A DNA stretch of 62,682 nucleotides, filler included, from Platydemus manokwari (taxonomy: Eukaryota), in the NCBI GenBank assembly GCA_037951405.1. It is 6 parts of 6 records of this genome, joined end to end, with 100 filler letters (N's around TTAATTAATTAA, not from the genome) between each part and the next. Parts side by side here need not be neighbours in the genome. Positions count along the whole stretch, not along the records: positions 1 to 9,776 come from JBBMOY011205877.1; positions 9,877 to 21,946 come from JBBMOY010315558.1; 4 more parts are not named here. The stretch is one strand, 5' to 3'. The stretch's first letter is position 1, and every line of letters begins with the position of its first letter. The notes under the pieces were generated by a model. It worked only from the letters and a program-made list of their open reading frames with translations. It did no database searches and was not told the origin of the DNA. The translations under genes and the position numbers were made by a program. Positions 1 to 13,669 of this stretch are shown here, one piece after another.

Positions 1-2606
1 TTAAAAGTTAAACTTAATTAAGTGCCATTCTTCTATTTCACAACTAATGTATGTTTATATTACATATTAAGGTTATCATCATTAAAAACTAAATCATTGG
101 TACATTATTATGAAATATTATTAAAGAATATTTAAACGACATTCCTAAAATTAATCTTAATCAATTTACGTCTTCATATTAGTGAAGAATACATTAATTG
201 TATAAAACTGTTTTTACCTTAATAGACATATAACTAATTGCGAAAGCCAATTTGGTGATAAATAGAATCAATGTCACATAAAACATAACATGTACTTATT
301 TCTTAATATTAACTGAAAAAATAACTCAACAAAACATTAAACACGTGCACAAATAAACGAAATATTTAAAATCACCCTAATTTCATTGATTTTAATATTT
401 TGTTGCAACTTTTCATTGGAAGTTGATGTCAAGTGAGGATATCCATAAGATGAAATTTCGGAATCAAAAACTGTTGTTTGGGGTGAAGGTTTGTTCTTCA
501 ATGAACTCACGTATGGTTTCCAATTATTAATTTTGCAATTAGCAGTAATAAAGTCACAATTACATATTTGTTTTCTGTTCGATGTTGACAGGCCTGGAGA
601 AATATTAGATACTGATTTTTGAAAATTAGTTTGGTAATATTATTAAATGACTTGTCTTAGACATCATGTTGTATTGTAATAGTAAATTTTCAAAAGTTAG
701 AAAAATAAAATTGAAAAAATTTAACGCAATTGCCAATATTTCAACGAAATCCATGCACTCTAAAAGTCTAACAGTGTAAAATCAAATACAATTCATTTAA
801 ATCATGCATTAATCTTGAAATTCACCTGGCAACGTATTTATTCTTTAATATTTGGCGTTGTCAAATGATATCCGCGAAAAAAATAAATAAATAATTATAA
901 ATAATATATAGAAATTAAAATAATAATAGTATATCGGCAAAATAATTGCTATAAACCGATCTTAGATATTGACAAACTCAAAGATATCAAGCTAATTCGG
1001 TTAATTGAATATACTTATTAAATAGATCATATAGACAAACTCACAAATACAAAGCCAAAAAATTGACAGAGAAATCAAAAACCAATTCCTTAAATATTTT
1101 ATGTCTGTCTACTTATAATGGAATTGACATAATTATAATAAAGTTAATAACAAGTAGACCAGCAAGTTTAATGTGAAGAGAATTAGATAGAGTCAATCAC
1201 TACTGTATCGAATATGAGAAGAGTGTATGAATGCTTTTAATATTAATTTTAAACAAATAAAAATTATGCAGTTTTTGGTTGAAATTTCAGGAAATCAGAA
1301 TAAATAATTGTTTATAGTAAAAGAGTTTCTTTTCTCAAATATATCAGAGCAACATGTTTAAATTATTATAGTTTATTTTTCAAAAGGTAATTTTTTATTA
1401 TTAAAAGAATAATTTTATTTTTGTACTATTTGTGATAATTAATCTTATTTATATCAATTATTACAAACTGGTTTGTACATTTAATTCATTTTTATAAAAT
1501 AGAAAAAATTCTGTATGATTTATAAGATATAATTAATTTCTCAAAAATCAATTTTGAAAATATTTTTATGGAGATGCTAATCGAAATGCAACAAAAATTA
1601 TTATTGATTGGCATTCTTAATTCGCAAAATGAAACCGAAATTTCTCAACATTTCGAAGAAACCAATATTTGCTAAGAAATTATATTATTTTACTTGTTTT
1701 GTAATAATCTCAAGATTTTTAATAATCTCATCAACTCAACCATGCCAACCCATTAATACCACCATTTTCTTTAGATATTTTCATCAAATGAAATTGTATT
1801 TAATCAACATGTATAAAAATTAAGTTTAATTTCTTACATCTTATACCAGTTCAATTTACAATTTTACTTATTTAGTTAATCAATGTAATTCGATAGCACC
1901 CATTTTCATAAAATATTTTAAAATATTATAAAATTTTAGAGAAAAAGTTTATTTTGGACGATTTTATCTTGATTAAACATTAACTTCGTTTTGGTTATTA
2001 AAAAACTCAAATTACTAACAGATTCCGAAAAAATATGCTGATGATTATGTGTAAAAAATGTTTGTGACCTACTCAAACAATAATCATGACCAGCATCACC
2101 ATCAAGAAAGCAATATCTGCAATGATATTCAGAAAAGGTTTAATAATAAACTATAATGACAATATAATATTTATTCATTTTTTATTTAATCGTAATTCAG
2201 ACGTATTAATAGACATTAAGAGTAAAGATACAATGAAGAGGTACAGATTATTTTAGTAAATGTAGAAAAAAGACTGATTTTATGAACTTGATTTAAAAAG
2301 GTCGTTATTAATCAATAGTTATGAAGCTACTAAAATTACAAATGAATGAAAACGAAAAATGACTGACAGAATATAGAAAAACTGTACAATTAATTATATT
2401 TTTTTCATGATTAACTTTTAATTATTTATATTTTTGTGAAAAATTCTAAACGAAATGGAGAATAATTGATAACAATAATTATAAACCGATATTCGTCAAA
2501 ATCAGTATATAAACTAGGCTACAAAGTATAAGGACACAAACAAAAAATGTTCAGTTTAATCTTCGAAATGATTACTGAAGTACACATAATACGTTCCTTT
2601 ATTTGA

Positions 2607-4790
2607 TTACTTTGACTTGCTGATATTTTTTGTAGGAATTAGATCAAATTCTACACAAGAGCAATCATTTATTCTAATGTATAATTTCTTATATTCCTCC
2701 ATTTCGGAAATAAAATTTTCTCGGTCACTTATCAAGGTGATAAAACACAGCCTATGATTACGATTTGGTTGTTCCGTTAATTTTTCGATATATTTTGAAT
2801 TGATAAATGTATCATTGTTACCGAGCTTTTGTTTTTGATTCGATTCACAAGTTTTATCTATTATAGACAGTTCACCAATGTAAGCAAGTCGATTTCAAAA
2901 TTTCATTGCTACACCGCTATTAAATACGATATTATTATTAATTACATTATATAATGGGCACATTCGATCAATAAGCACAAGATCAGCTAAAAACCTACAG
3001 TTATACATAAGTGATAAATCAACATTAATTGTATAATTTCTGTAATAATTTATGCACAAAATTCTTCGAGATAATTAAAACTAGTGACTTATAGGATAAA
3101 AATTTGTGTGATGTATTTCAATGAACTTTATAAATAGAATCATTACAATCCTTACTTATAATTTATATGAAGATGTCCTTAAATAACTTAGCTGTAATCT
3201 TGAAACTTGGGGAAAGAAAGTCAGTTTTTAAATCAGATAAATAAATAAATTTCATTAGTTGTTTAATAAAATAATCATCTTAAATAAACCATAAAACACA
3301 AAAATTTTAAGAATTGCACATTCATCAAAAATATTAAACTTTCTTGATAATTTTTTAACCAAGAGACGAATTTTTTTTTAAATTGATATACATTTTTTAA
3401 TATTTTGTAAAATAATTTTATTTAAACAATTATCAATAAATACTCGATAGATTTTGACGAAAAGCATCTTTCCTTTGTCTATTCAATACTCGAATTTTAT
3501 AATTTCCTGTATTAAGTCGATCTTTTCTATAATATTTTGAATTTAAAGCACCAATCTAAATATCAAAACAAAAGTAACAAATTTGATATATTTATTAAAA
3601 ATAGAATTTATATTTTATATAAGTTATCAATCAGTATTGAATTTCGTGAGATTACATTATAAGTTGGAAATAAATTTAAAATAAAATTTTGTAGAATCTT
3701 GCTTCAACCTGTAAAGAATACTAAATACAAATCTAATCTAAATTATCAAAAACTGGTAAATCAAAAATACTAGATGAAGAATAAACAATTGTTCAGTTAT
3801 TTATAAGCTGGTGATTGTAGTAGTTCTTTTACAATTAGCATATTATCTGTGCATTTGTTAAGTGTTATCAAATTAAATATTTAATTCACGAAATTGATCA
3901 ATATCAACGTGTATTGAAAAAAATCAACACCATTAGAGGAATATTATCAAATTAAAGAATACAGGTTAAATAAAAATCAAATTAAAATTCATGAAAAATT
4001 AAATACACTTCACAATGGAGTCGGTGTCGCATTAGAAAACCATGTATTTTTTGAATTTTTTAAATAATCAATTAATAAAAAATTTATTTACCAGTATTTA
4101 GTTTGATTAGATTTAAAATTATTCGAATCGAGATTGACATTATTTAAACCAACCTGATGATATTATTTTTAATTCTTGAATGTGTAGTTAAATTTGTTTG
4201 AATGTTATTGGAAGAAATGTTTATTAAATTTGTTTAAATATTTGTAGATTAAAAATATTTATTTTAATTGAAATATTTTAAAATCTTTAATTGAAATAAC
4301 TCCAGTTGAAGGGATATATAGTATTCGATAATTTCATTCCAATAAAATCAACATTTCGATAGAATAAAAATGCCATTAGAAATAAGAAGCGATGCAAATA
4401 AATGTACAAAAATTCAATCCGCATTTCCATAGAAAAAATGATAAACTGAAGAAATAGATAAAATTATTTCCAGTAATCCATTTATATTTTATTTTTGATT
4501 GATTTGATGAATGGAGTCAGTGGTAGTAAAAATAGATCAGCAATGATTATGGTAAATAATAAAAGAATAATAATAAATGATGAAAGAAATTAACATTGTC
4601 TGCTGTACTTAATATCAGTGGCATCTTAATATTAATTGCATCTAAAAGCATGTGATCACAAATCTTACAATAATTATTAGACTTTTCTAATATAATATTG
4701 AGGATTATAACAAATATATTTACCCTAAGATAGACACAGGTAATAGTTATAATCAAAGTTAACTCAGAGCGACACAGAACCTGGGCGCTA
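2607..4790 (-). pseudogene. Decayed rhodopsin-like (class A) GPCR
   Basis: Motifs in correct order on - strand: TM1-like IITITCVYLRVNIFVII (~4700-4760), TM2 IIIADLFLLPLTP (~4512-4550), ECL1 WKCGLNFC (4406-4429), ECL2 Cys then TM5 IPLMVLIFFN (3913-3942), helix-8-like exon IGALNSKYYRK (3555-3444) splicing in phase to an open last exon (2857-2607). Several stops and frameshifts lie between the motifs. Confidence 0.45.
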
Positions 4791-7700
4791 AACTACTAAG
4801 TTCCATTGATAATGCCGTGAAATTAAACACCATTTATGTGTGAAAGCTTGTTGATGCATAAAGAATAACAAAATAAATTGATATTGTGATCAGTTTGACG
4901 AGATTTAGCATGTAACGCACAATGAACCTTTTAATCAAATAGAAGTAAAACAGGTTTCCACATAATTTAATTAACAAAGTTAACCTTTAGCTAATATTTC
5001 CGATATTAAATCCAATATTCTTCTTACCAATTATATTAGAAATTTTATATATATACTAATTGAGCAATTGTAATAAACGATTCAGCCTTATATCTTCACA
5101 TAAACGGTGCAAAAGTTACCCGAAGTTTTAAAATTATATTCAACTTTATTAAATATATTTAATTGCATTTACTACATAAAAAATATTAAATGTCATTTAT
5201 TAAAAAAATTAATTTTCAAAATATTATTCATTAATTTGACTCAACTTCTATATCCAAATAAATAGATGGATAAATATTCTGTTAATAACTTAAATAAACT
5301 TTTTCAAATTGTGATTTTCCACTCACCATTTTAATTGTTTCCTCGATGCGCTGAGCATCATTAGCAGATTCATTAGACAATTTCTTAAGATTATTAAGCG
5401 ATTTCAATTTGATTCCCCGAACCTTTGAAAAAGTCAAATATCGTCGACTTAATTCTAAAGCGAGATTTACAAAAATTCTATACAAAAATATCTTGGTTTA
5501 ACCTGAGAATTTATCACAATTCATTATCGGAAATTGGTAAATTTATGACATCAAGGATACTGAACAACTTTGAATTGCTATATTTTATTTTTTATATTTG
5601 TGGGTAAATTTATTGTTTTAAACAAAAATGATAAATTACAAATTTTTGGCCTTTAAAATTGCAAATATATTCAATAATTTAAAATATGCATGTTTTAGGT
5701 AAATAATTAAATAAATTTCGGAAATTGTATAATTGGTATTTTTTGAATTTTATATATACATTAGAATTATTGTTAAATATGAAGCTGATGAAAGATGTTT
5801 GTTAAAAGGATACAATCGTTAAGAACCGTAAAGAAAGAAAGAGTTCTGGAAACGTTTTAAAAATTACAAGAAAAGGCATGCTTTTCAAAATGGTCTGATG
5901 ATGGAAAAATTACTTTCTAAGGTTAATCCGTAGCCTTAATGACGATGTTACAGACTGAAGACTACAGTATAGCGGGTAATACTTGGAACTATGTATCGAA
6001 GATATATACTTTCTAAATAAGGATTCTGTAAATTGCCGAGACCAGAGATTCATGGTAAATGGCTCAATAAACCGTCATAATTGCATAAATTTGAAAACCT
6101 ACCTACACTTATCAAAAGAATTAATCCCCTGTAAGTGATCTCATTAGCTTGCTGCAACAAAATATCGCATCAAGTTTTAAGACTTCAAATATATGGAATT
6201 TTTATTTTCAGTAAGACGAGCATTACACAAAAATCAAGATTAGTAAATGGATCGATATGATTATTCAGATTTTGTAATAATTATTAGTAGCTCCTGCACT
6301 ATTGTTACTTCCTATTTGCAAATAGTTAGATTATGTCTTCGTTTTTCCTAATAAAATCCAATACTGCGTGCTTTTGCACGACAGGAAATTTTTAATATTA
6401 AATTCATAAAAACAAATCGCAATATATAAATGACAACAATAACATGAATGAAAATTTATGAAAAATGAATGATTATTTTAAAATTAGTTTAAAATCTCGA
6501 ATATAAGCCGCAGAGAGGTTATTTGTTTAAGCTGTATTTTAATTGTATATGCTGTAGCAAGTATCGTAGTCAATTAGGAATCCGTGCGAAACCACTTAAC
6601 AATAAGATATCAAAGAAACTGTTATTCAACATTGGATCACCCAAGAATCTTTTACCAAATTTAAGAGATTTCCGTTATAGCTACGGTAAATATCTGGAAT
6701 TGGAATCCAAATTACACGAATCGATATGCTAATGCTATATTGATGAGGAATTCAAGTGTCAATTACACGAAATCGAAGTCATTACCAAAGACAAGAAAAA
6801 TGAAGGATTTTTGGTGACTTCAGAGAGAGCTTAACGTTTAAAGCAACAATTACCTAAACGTTAGGAATTGGAAGATTATCTTTATTTTTTTATTGTTTTT
6901 GCATGATTTCATACCTGAAATTAAACCATTTTCATGGCAGAAAATACACATCATAACATCTGATTTTTATATATCATCAGCTTTTAAAATTGGGATATTT
7001 CAGCAATACTAAATGAGATGAAATTCTGCAAAAACAAAAATGGATTTGAACCTTGGAACTCTTGTTTAAGTATTTTAAACTTTTGCATGCCTACACAGCA
7101 TACCTACATACATAGCAACCAACCAATCACGGTGGAGTTAGATGGTATAAGACAATTGGATAAGGGACATACCCACACAAAAACGCATACATGGGGATTG
7201 AACAAGTCTACTCATGCAATTCTACTCAAGCCAAATGGGAATATGGAAAAAAAGAGATCAAATCAAAATGTGTTACATGATAGCACAAAAAATGGATCAT
7301 ATCTTGATTATAAATATCGATGTAAAGATGGCCAATAACCAGGTTTTGGTTATATTTCGAGAATTATGCTGAGTGTTTTTATTTTGTAAGCCTTACTGAG
7401 GAGTACGCAGTTGAAAATAAAGTCAATCTTCTAGTTTTTGGAGTTAGCAATTAGTCAACTGTTCAGTAATAATATTAAATCAATAGATATAAGAAATACA
7501 ATCCCAAAAATCTGTTGATCAACTTCTGTTAGCAGTAGCTACTTCGTTTAAAATTGAAGATTCAATGCAAGAATTCATTTATGCAAGAATTTTGTATTAA
7601 TCCACACAAATCAGACATTTCTAAAACAAATTAAAAATCCTTTCCAGAGAGATTTTATTGTCAATCTTAATCAGGCATATAAATATTTATAGATAAAGAT

Positions 7701-9776
7701 AATTGTATTTAAATTATTTCAAAATGACTTAATGTTAATTTTTTAAATAATTTAATAAAATTTCAAAATATTTTTTTAATTTTAAAATGTTTATTAAAAT
7801 TTTTATTGAATTTATTCATTCAAATTTTCCTCACAAACCCGATGAAATTTCATTACATTTTCTCTATGAACAAACCAATTTCTCAAGGAAATATTTTCGA
7901 AACCATTTTATCAATGAAAAACATTTGAGCATTAATATTTTACAAATCGATATGACATTTCAATATTTGCTAACGTCAACTTTGAAGTGGCCGATTTATT
8001 GATATTATTATTGATTGAATAATTTTAATATTCGTCTCCAACATTTCCCATTGTAATGGGAGACCAATCGAAAACAATAGAAAACCCATCAAAAGAATTA
8101 TTTGTTTACGATTGTCTGGTAAATTTATTATCAATATAATAATATAAATCAATTAACCTAATGACTACAAACGAATAACAGGATCAATAAGTATTTCAAT
8201 TAATTGATTCTTATCGAGAATTATGTTTTCATTGAATTATTCCGTATAAAGTTACAAAAGAAAATTTTCTAATAAATTAAGATCAACGATAAGCCTTCAT
8301 TAGAAATTGACAATGTCTTAGGTCTGTTCTGAATCCGATACTGGTGACAATGAAAACAATCGAAATAATAGCTAACAATGAAATAATATAAATATTCATA
8401 CCGCCGATGGGTTAGCAATTTAAAAACTTAAATAAAATGAATCATTTCTCTCTCACATAGTCATTCATCAAGCCGCCACTATTTTATGAAACACGAATCG
8501 AAAACGAACTGAAATACAATTATTTTATTTATATAAATTCTATATTAAATTAAATGTTCAAAATTTTAATTCAATCCTGATGATCACACATTTACCATCA
8601 AGTTTTTGTTGCGATAACAAGTCGATTCCATTTCGCTCACATTGAATATCAGGAAAATTATTATTTTCAGACAACAAAAAGAGATTAGTGACTACACAAT
8701 CTGGATATGATAGCCACATTTTGGTTGAAAAGGGATTTATTTTATCGATTGTCACTTATAAATTGAAAAAAATAATAAATCAATATCGATTTGAATATGA
8801 TTATTCTATCGATATTAAAACCGTCAAGATTTTTCTAAACCAACATATTAAGTATCTCACTTGCACACAAGACTCAATCAATGCGTACCATTCTATTGAA
8901 CACCGATAGAATTCCACTAACTGGTTAAGACAAATTGGAAATATTGGGAAATATTGACAGAAATAAATTTTACAGCGAAAAAATATTGTAGTAAAATAAA
9001 GTGTGAGTCACACAGCATTTCTTTTCACATGGTGTCATGTGTTGAAAAATGTTGAGAATCAAGATAATAATAGATTCTATAATGTTGCCAAGCTACGGAT
9101 AATAGTTTTACTTGGAACAATTCCTATTGGCGACATTCTATCGGATAAAATTAAGACTTGTAAAATAGAAAAGCCAATACAATGCCAATTATTAATGTTT
9201 TTGTAATCAATTTTTTGCCAGTCATTTTGGAATAAGCCTGCCATGGATAATTGTTTTGTTTGATCAATAGATTTTCTTTTTTATTACTCTCAAAACAAAC
9301 ATTAAAAAACGTTTTTTTTAATTTCTTTCTCCATGAGTGCTACTTGTAATATTTTTCCCGACAACCCTTAATTTTTTTAAGGAATTTTAATCATTCTGGT
9401 GGTATATGAATCTGAATTTACATCTAGGATTTCAAAGTTGAAGCCGTTAGTAAAATTGGAATCTTTAATTTAAATTTATTTTATTTTTAAACGTTAGCAC
9501 TCAGACAACAATAACGCAATGTTATTGATANNNNNNNNNNNNNNNNNNNNNNNNNNNNNNNNNNNNNNNNNNNNNNNNNNNNNNNNNNNNNNNNNNNNNN
9601 NNNNNNNNNNNNNNNNNNNNNNNNNNNNNNNNNNNNNNNNNNNNNNNNNNNNNNNNNNNNNNNNNNNNNNNNNNNNNNNNNNNNNNNNNNNNNNNNNNNN
9701 NNNNNNNTATTGATAGTATTATTATTGACCTTATTATTATTGTTATTATTGTTATTATTGTTATTATTATAATTAT

Positions 9777-9876
9777 NNNNNNNNNNNNNNNNNNNNNNNN
9801 NNNNNNNNNNNNNNNNNNNNTTAATTAATTAANNNNNNNNNNNNNNNNNNNNNNNNNNNNNNNNNNNNNNNNNNNN
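9777..9876. other. Artificial 100-nt scaffold linker N44-TTAATTAATTAA-N44 (also 21947-22046, 31808-31907, 41026-41125, 51968-52067); sized gap 9531-9707
   Basis: Identical length and an all-frame stop cassette at each junction. Confidence 0.95.
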
Positions 9877-12427
9877 ATATTTATACTAAATTGTAACTGA
9901 TAAAATTAGTGTCATTCCTTTTATTATTAATTTCAATTTTTGAATAAAATATAAACTAATTAAGTTATTAATTCAGATTAATCAACTTTATATTCTAACT
10001 TTATATTCAAAATATTGCTTATCTTACATCAAGAACGTTCGCTTTCATCTATATTATCGAAATTAATCGGTCTTATTTTTCAGATAATATTTGTTTAAGC
10101 TCAGTTTTTAATTAATTTTTTTCCATGATGACAAAATTTAGCCTAAGATTTTAGGATTATTTATTTACCGTTGATTGATATTTAATAAATTGTTTTTTTA
10201 TTTGTTAATTATAGAAATTTTACAATTCCTTTTTCACCTTGTTAGCTCAATAAATTTTTTCAAGAATAAGTTATTAATTATTCAACCGAGAAATTTATTT
10301 TCTAATAATATTCAAACGATTCATGAAAAGATATTTTGTGTTATTTCTTTGCGATTATTTATCCTTATAAATTTCAACATAATAGAACTCACGCAGTTGA
10401 GTTGTTAGTAACATCACACGAACACCTATCACAACCCAACATTAATATTCCCTTAAGTCATAATTCTTATGGAAGAATATGCTTGTCCATTAATATAATT
10501 GGTGATAGATGATTGTACTGGTCATGTAAAATTATGTACGACATTGACAAAAGATTTAAGCTATTTTATAAAACACAATAATTACTTTGTTTCTTTAGAC
10601 CAAGTATAATTCGCTTATTATTAATAATATTTTTCATTTGGCTTAAATAGAATTGATTTATAAGACTTCTTAACAAACAAATGTAAAGCAAGATTATATC
10701 AGTAGATTAATGAGTTGAAAATTATTTTAATTATGTTTGACATAAATAAATTTATTAAAAATTATTATTGATCTCTTCCTTGTTTAGAACCGTCAAGAAG
10801 TAATTGAGATTTTATATAATTTAAAGAAAATTGAATAACTAATCGAGATATAATATGTATATGATCATTGTTTCGACCATGTCCAAACAAGTGTCAACAG
10901 ATGTATAATTTTTATTACTCAATTTTTGATGCAACAATCACATCACTCAATTTTACAAACAAAACTAAAAAGATTTTTGAACTTATATCATAGAAAATTG
11001 ATGAAATGAGGTTTTGTAACTTGTAAGGCATAAAACAAAATCCTACCTCACTAGGTACGAACCATTCTCATTTCTGTCTTTTCATCTTTTTTGAAACTAT
11101 TTAATATTTATTATTTCATTATTTATTGGTTTTATGGAGTCTAAATTTGAAAGAATATAAACTTTCAGTATGAAATCACTATCAAGAAAAAATTAAAAAT
11201 AATTTAACGTAAATCTGGTGATAATGGTTTTGTTAGTTATTGCTTGGAATTGGTCAATTGATTGTAATAATAAAGATAATAGATATCATCACATAATAGA
11301 ATGGTTAGATAATCATGCCCTTTTGTTATTAAGAAAACACATAAATAATCATGATAACTTAGATCTTGAACACGTTGGATAAATAAACAAGAATCAATTC
11401 GTGTTTTATTTACAGTGTAAATGTTTATTAATAGTATTATTATACTTGTAAAATAAACAAACGTTAGTTACTGACGAAATAAGTCTACAATGTACAATCA
11501 CAGAAAATTATTAAATTAAAAGTTCACTTTACTAACAAGTATACTCCAAACGAATTACAAGTTATGAACAAGGGCGATTTTTTAAATTATCTGTCTAATA
11601 ATTTTAATAAAAACAATAATTTAAGAAAAAAGTAAATATATTTAATTCATCCATAAACAGTTCAATTGCAACATTTTAAAGAACTGTTTAGCTATATGAT
11701 CGGTATCAGATAGTTCAATTACAACCTTTGGAATATAAAAGATAATGAAATAATAAAATATTAGTTTACTAAAAAATATTCCATACCTTAGTTTGTAGAC
11801 TAACTGTTCATGGGTTTCTCTGACATTATTCGCGATTTATCTCTGAATACTTGGTAAATATAGAAGGTCAATATTAGTTAGAATTTTAAACAATTTTAAT
11901 CTTTTGTCTTAAAACTTGTTAAAAATCACAAACAATATTTTGATCCAACATAATATTAAACAAGCGGTATGTGATTGATGTACTTATTAACTTGGAAAAG
12001 TAAATTTATTCATATAGCAAGGACAAGTGGTTATAGACGACTAAAATACAAATGAATTATTGTTTAAAGTGTTTTTCTTATAATATAAAATATTTTCAAC
12101 TATCCAAAGAATATATGATATACTAATTTCAGATTTGTGTAAAGATTTAATATTTTTTGATAACATTCTAAAATAACAAATTCAACTTGAAACACATAAT
12201 TCAGTATACAGAAATCATTTCAGACAAAATTATGCGAAGTATTAATATTAATCAAAAATTTTCAAGTACTAAATTCAAGTTTTATTAAATTTAATGATAT
12301 TTATAAAATCGTTATGAATTAATTAAAAATATAAATATATTTACGTGGATTTTGATTTTGTTTAATTCTTTCAAAATTATTGTTTTTTAGCCATTTTGTT
12401 ATAATTTAATTTCTAATTTTACATATT

Positions 12428-13296
12428 ATGTCAAATCGAAATGATAATGATCGGTCATCAGAGCAGTTTAGAAAATTGTTTATTGGGGGTTTAAGCTTCG
12501 TCACAAATGAAGATGCATTAAAGTCTCATTTTGAACAATGGGGAGAATTAGTTGACGTCGTTGTGATGAGAATGGGTGGCAAAAACGGAAAATCAAGGGG
12601 CTTTGGATTTGTAACATATAAAGATTCAGAGATGGTAGATGCAGCTCAAGCTAATAGGCCCCATATTATCGATGAACGAACAGTCGAAACTAAACGCGCA
12701 ATGCCACGGGATGAAGCAAACTCCGCCGAATCACATATGACAGTAAAAAAATTATTTGTGGGAGCTTTGAAAAAGGAAGTGGTGGCCGATGACTTGAGGG
12801 ACTACTTTGGGCAATTTGGAAATATTGTAGAATGTGAAATCATAACTTGGAGAGAAACAGGAGAATCCCGTGGGTTCGGGTTTGTCACTTTTGATGATTA
12901 TGATCCAGTCGATAAAATTCTACTGCTTAAACCACATTTTATTGATAACAAGCGTTGTGAAGTTAAGAAAGCTCTTAGTAAAGAAGAAGCTCGTTCGCTT
13001 AAAGCCAAAGAAAGTATGAGTACAATTGGTAAGTCAAAATTTCCTCCATTATCTCAATCAAATGGCGGACTAATGGGTATAATTTAATTTTAACTTTAAT
13101 TTTTTTAAAGATTTATTAAGGATTTATGGGTGATATGCGAAATGAATTTAATAATCGTTATGATAATATTGGTTACCAAGATTATGATGATAGGTTTGGT
13201 CGTTATCCAAATCAGGGTTACAGTGGAGGGCCTATGAGAGGAAATTTGAGTTACAGGAATCAGCCATATAGTGGAAGGATGAGGCGAGATTATTAA
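12428..13296 (+). CDS. hnRNPA1: hnRNP A1/A2-like (hnRNP A/B family) protein, 2 RRMs + short G/Y/R/N-rich tail; exons 12428-13076 and 13121-13296 (~274 aa)
   Basis: RRM1 (KLFIGGL, RGFGFVTY) and RRM2 (KLFVGAL, RGFGFVTFDDYDPVDK) with A/B-type linker KRAMPRDE..HMTVKK. A phase-1 GT..AG intron 13077-13120 extends the frame to GFMGDMRNEFNNRY...GGPMRGNLSYRNQPYSGRMRRDY*, containing an M9/PY-NLS-like GGPMRG..PY motif. AATAAA at 13567-13572. Confidence 0.93.
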
Positions 13297-13669
13297 AATA
13301 CAACCTAGCTTGTAAGAGATCTAGATTTGGAGTGATTAATATAGAATGATTAACGATTCTAGGAATACTGAAACCAGTTACTGAGGGATAAGCTATCATA
13401 GAATCCCATAGTTACAGATTTGTTAAGTTTTATGAGCTTAGCTATTGAGTCAGTAACAAATTTTTGTATTCAAGCTAGAAGTGTGATTGTACAATAGTGA
13501 TCGTCATTTTATATTTGACTTTTAATCATTCGCATAGTTTAATTTAATGTTTGTTATTTTTATTGAAATAAAGGTGCCTAAGATTTTAGTATTTTATTGA
13601 TTTAAGAATAGGGTTCAGTTGTTAGTTATTTATCATGTAAGGTTGCATAATCCATTTTAACCAATATAT

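Noticed and set aside
420-620. KTVVWGEGLFFNEL plus a 32-nt intron, C2-domain-like
   Set aside because: Stops on both sides; too short to support.
5780-7340. Coding-like degraded stretches, including ORFs 6523-6732 and 7018-7338
   Set aside because: Probably old TE debris, but no diagnostic motif.
8030-8380. Spliced DCL|VCSESDTG resembling a nuclear-receptor zinc-finger start
   Set aside because: No second Cys pair; the frame stops after ~17 codons.
9821-9832. Recurring TTAATTAATTAA palindrome every ~10 kb
   Set aside because: Assembly linker embedded in Ns, not biology.
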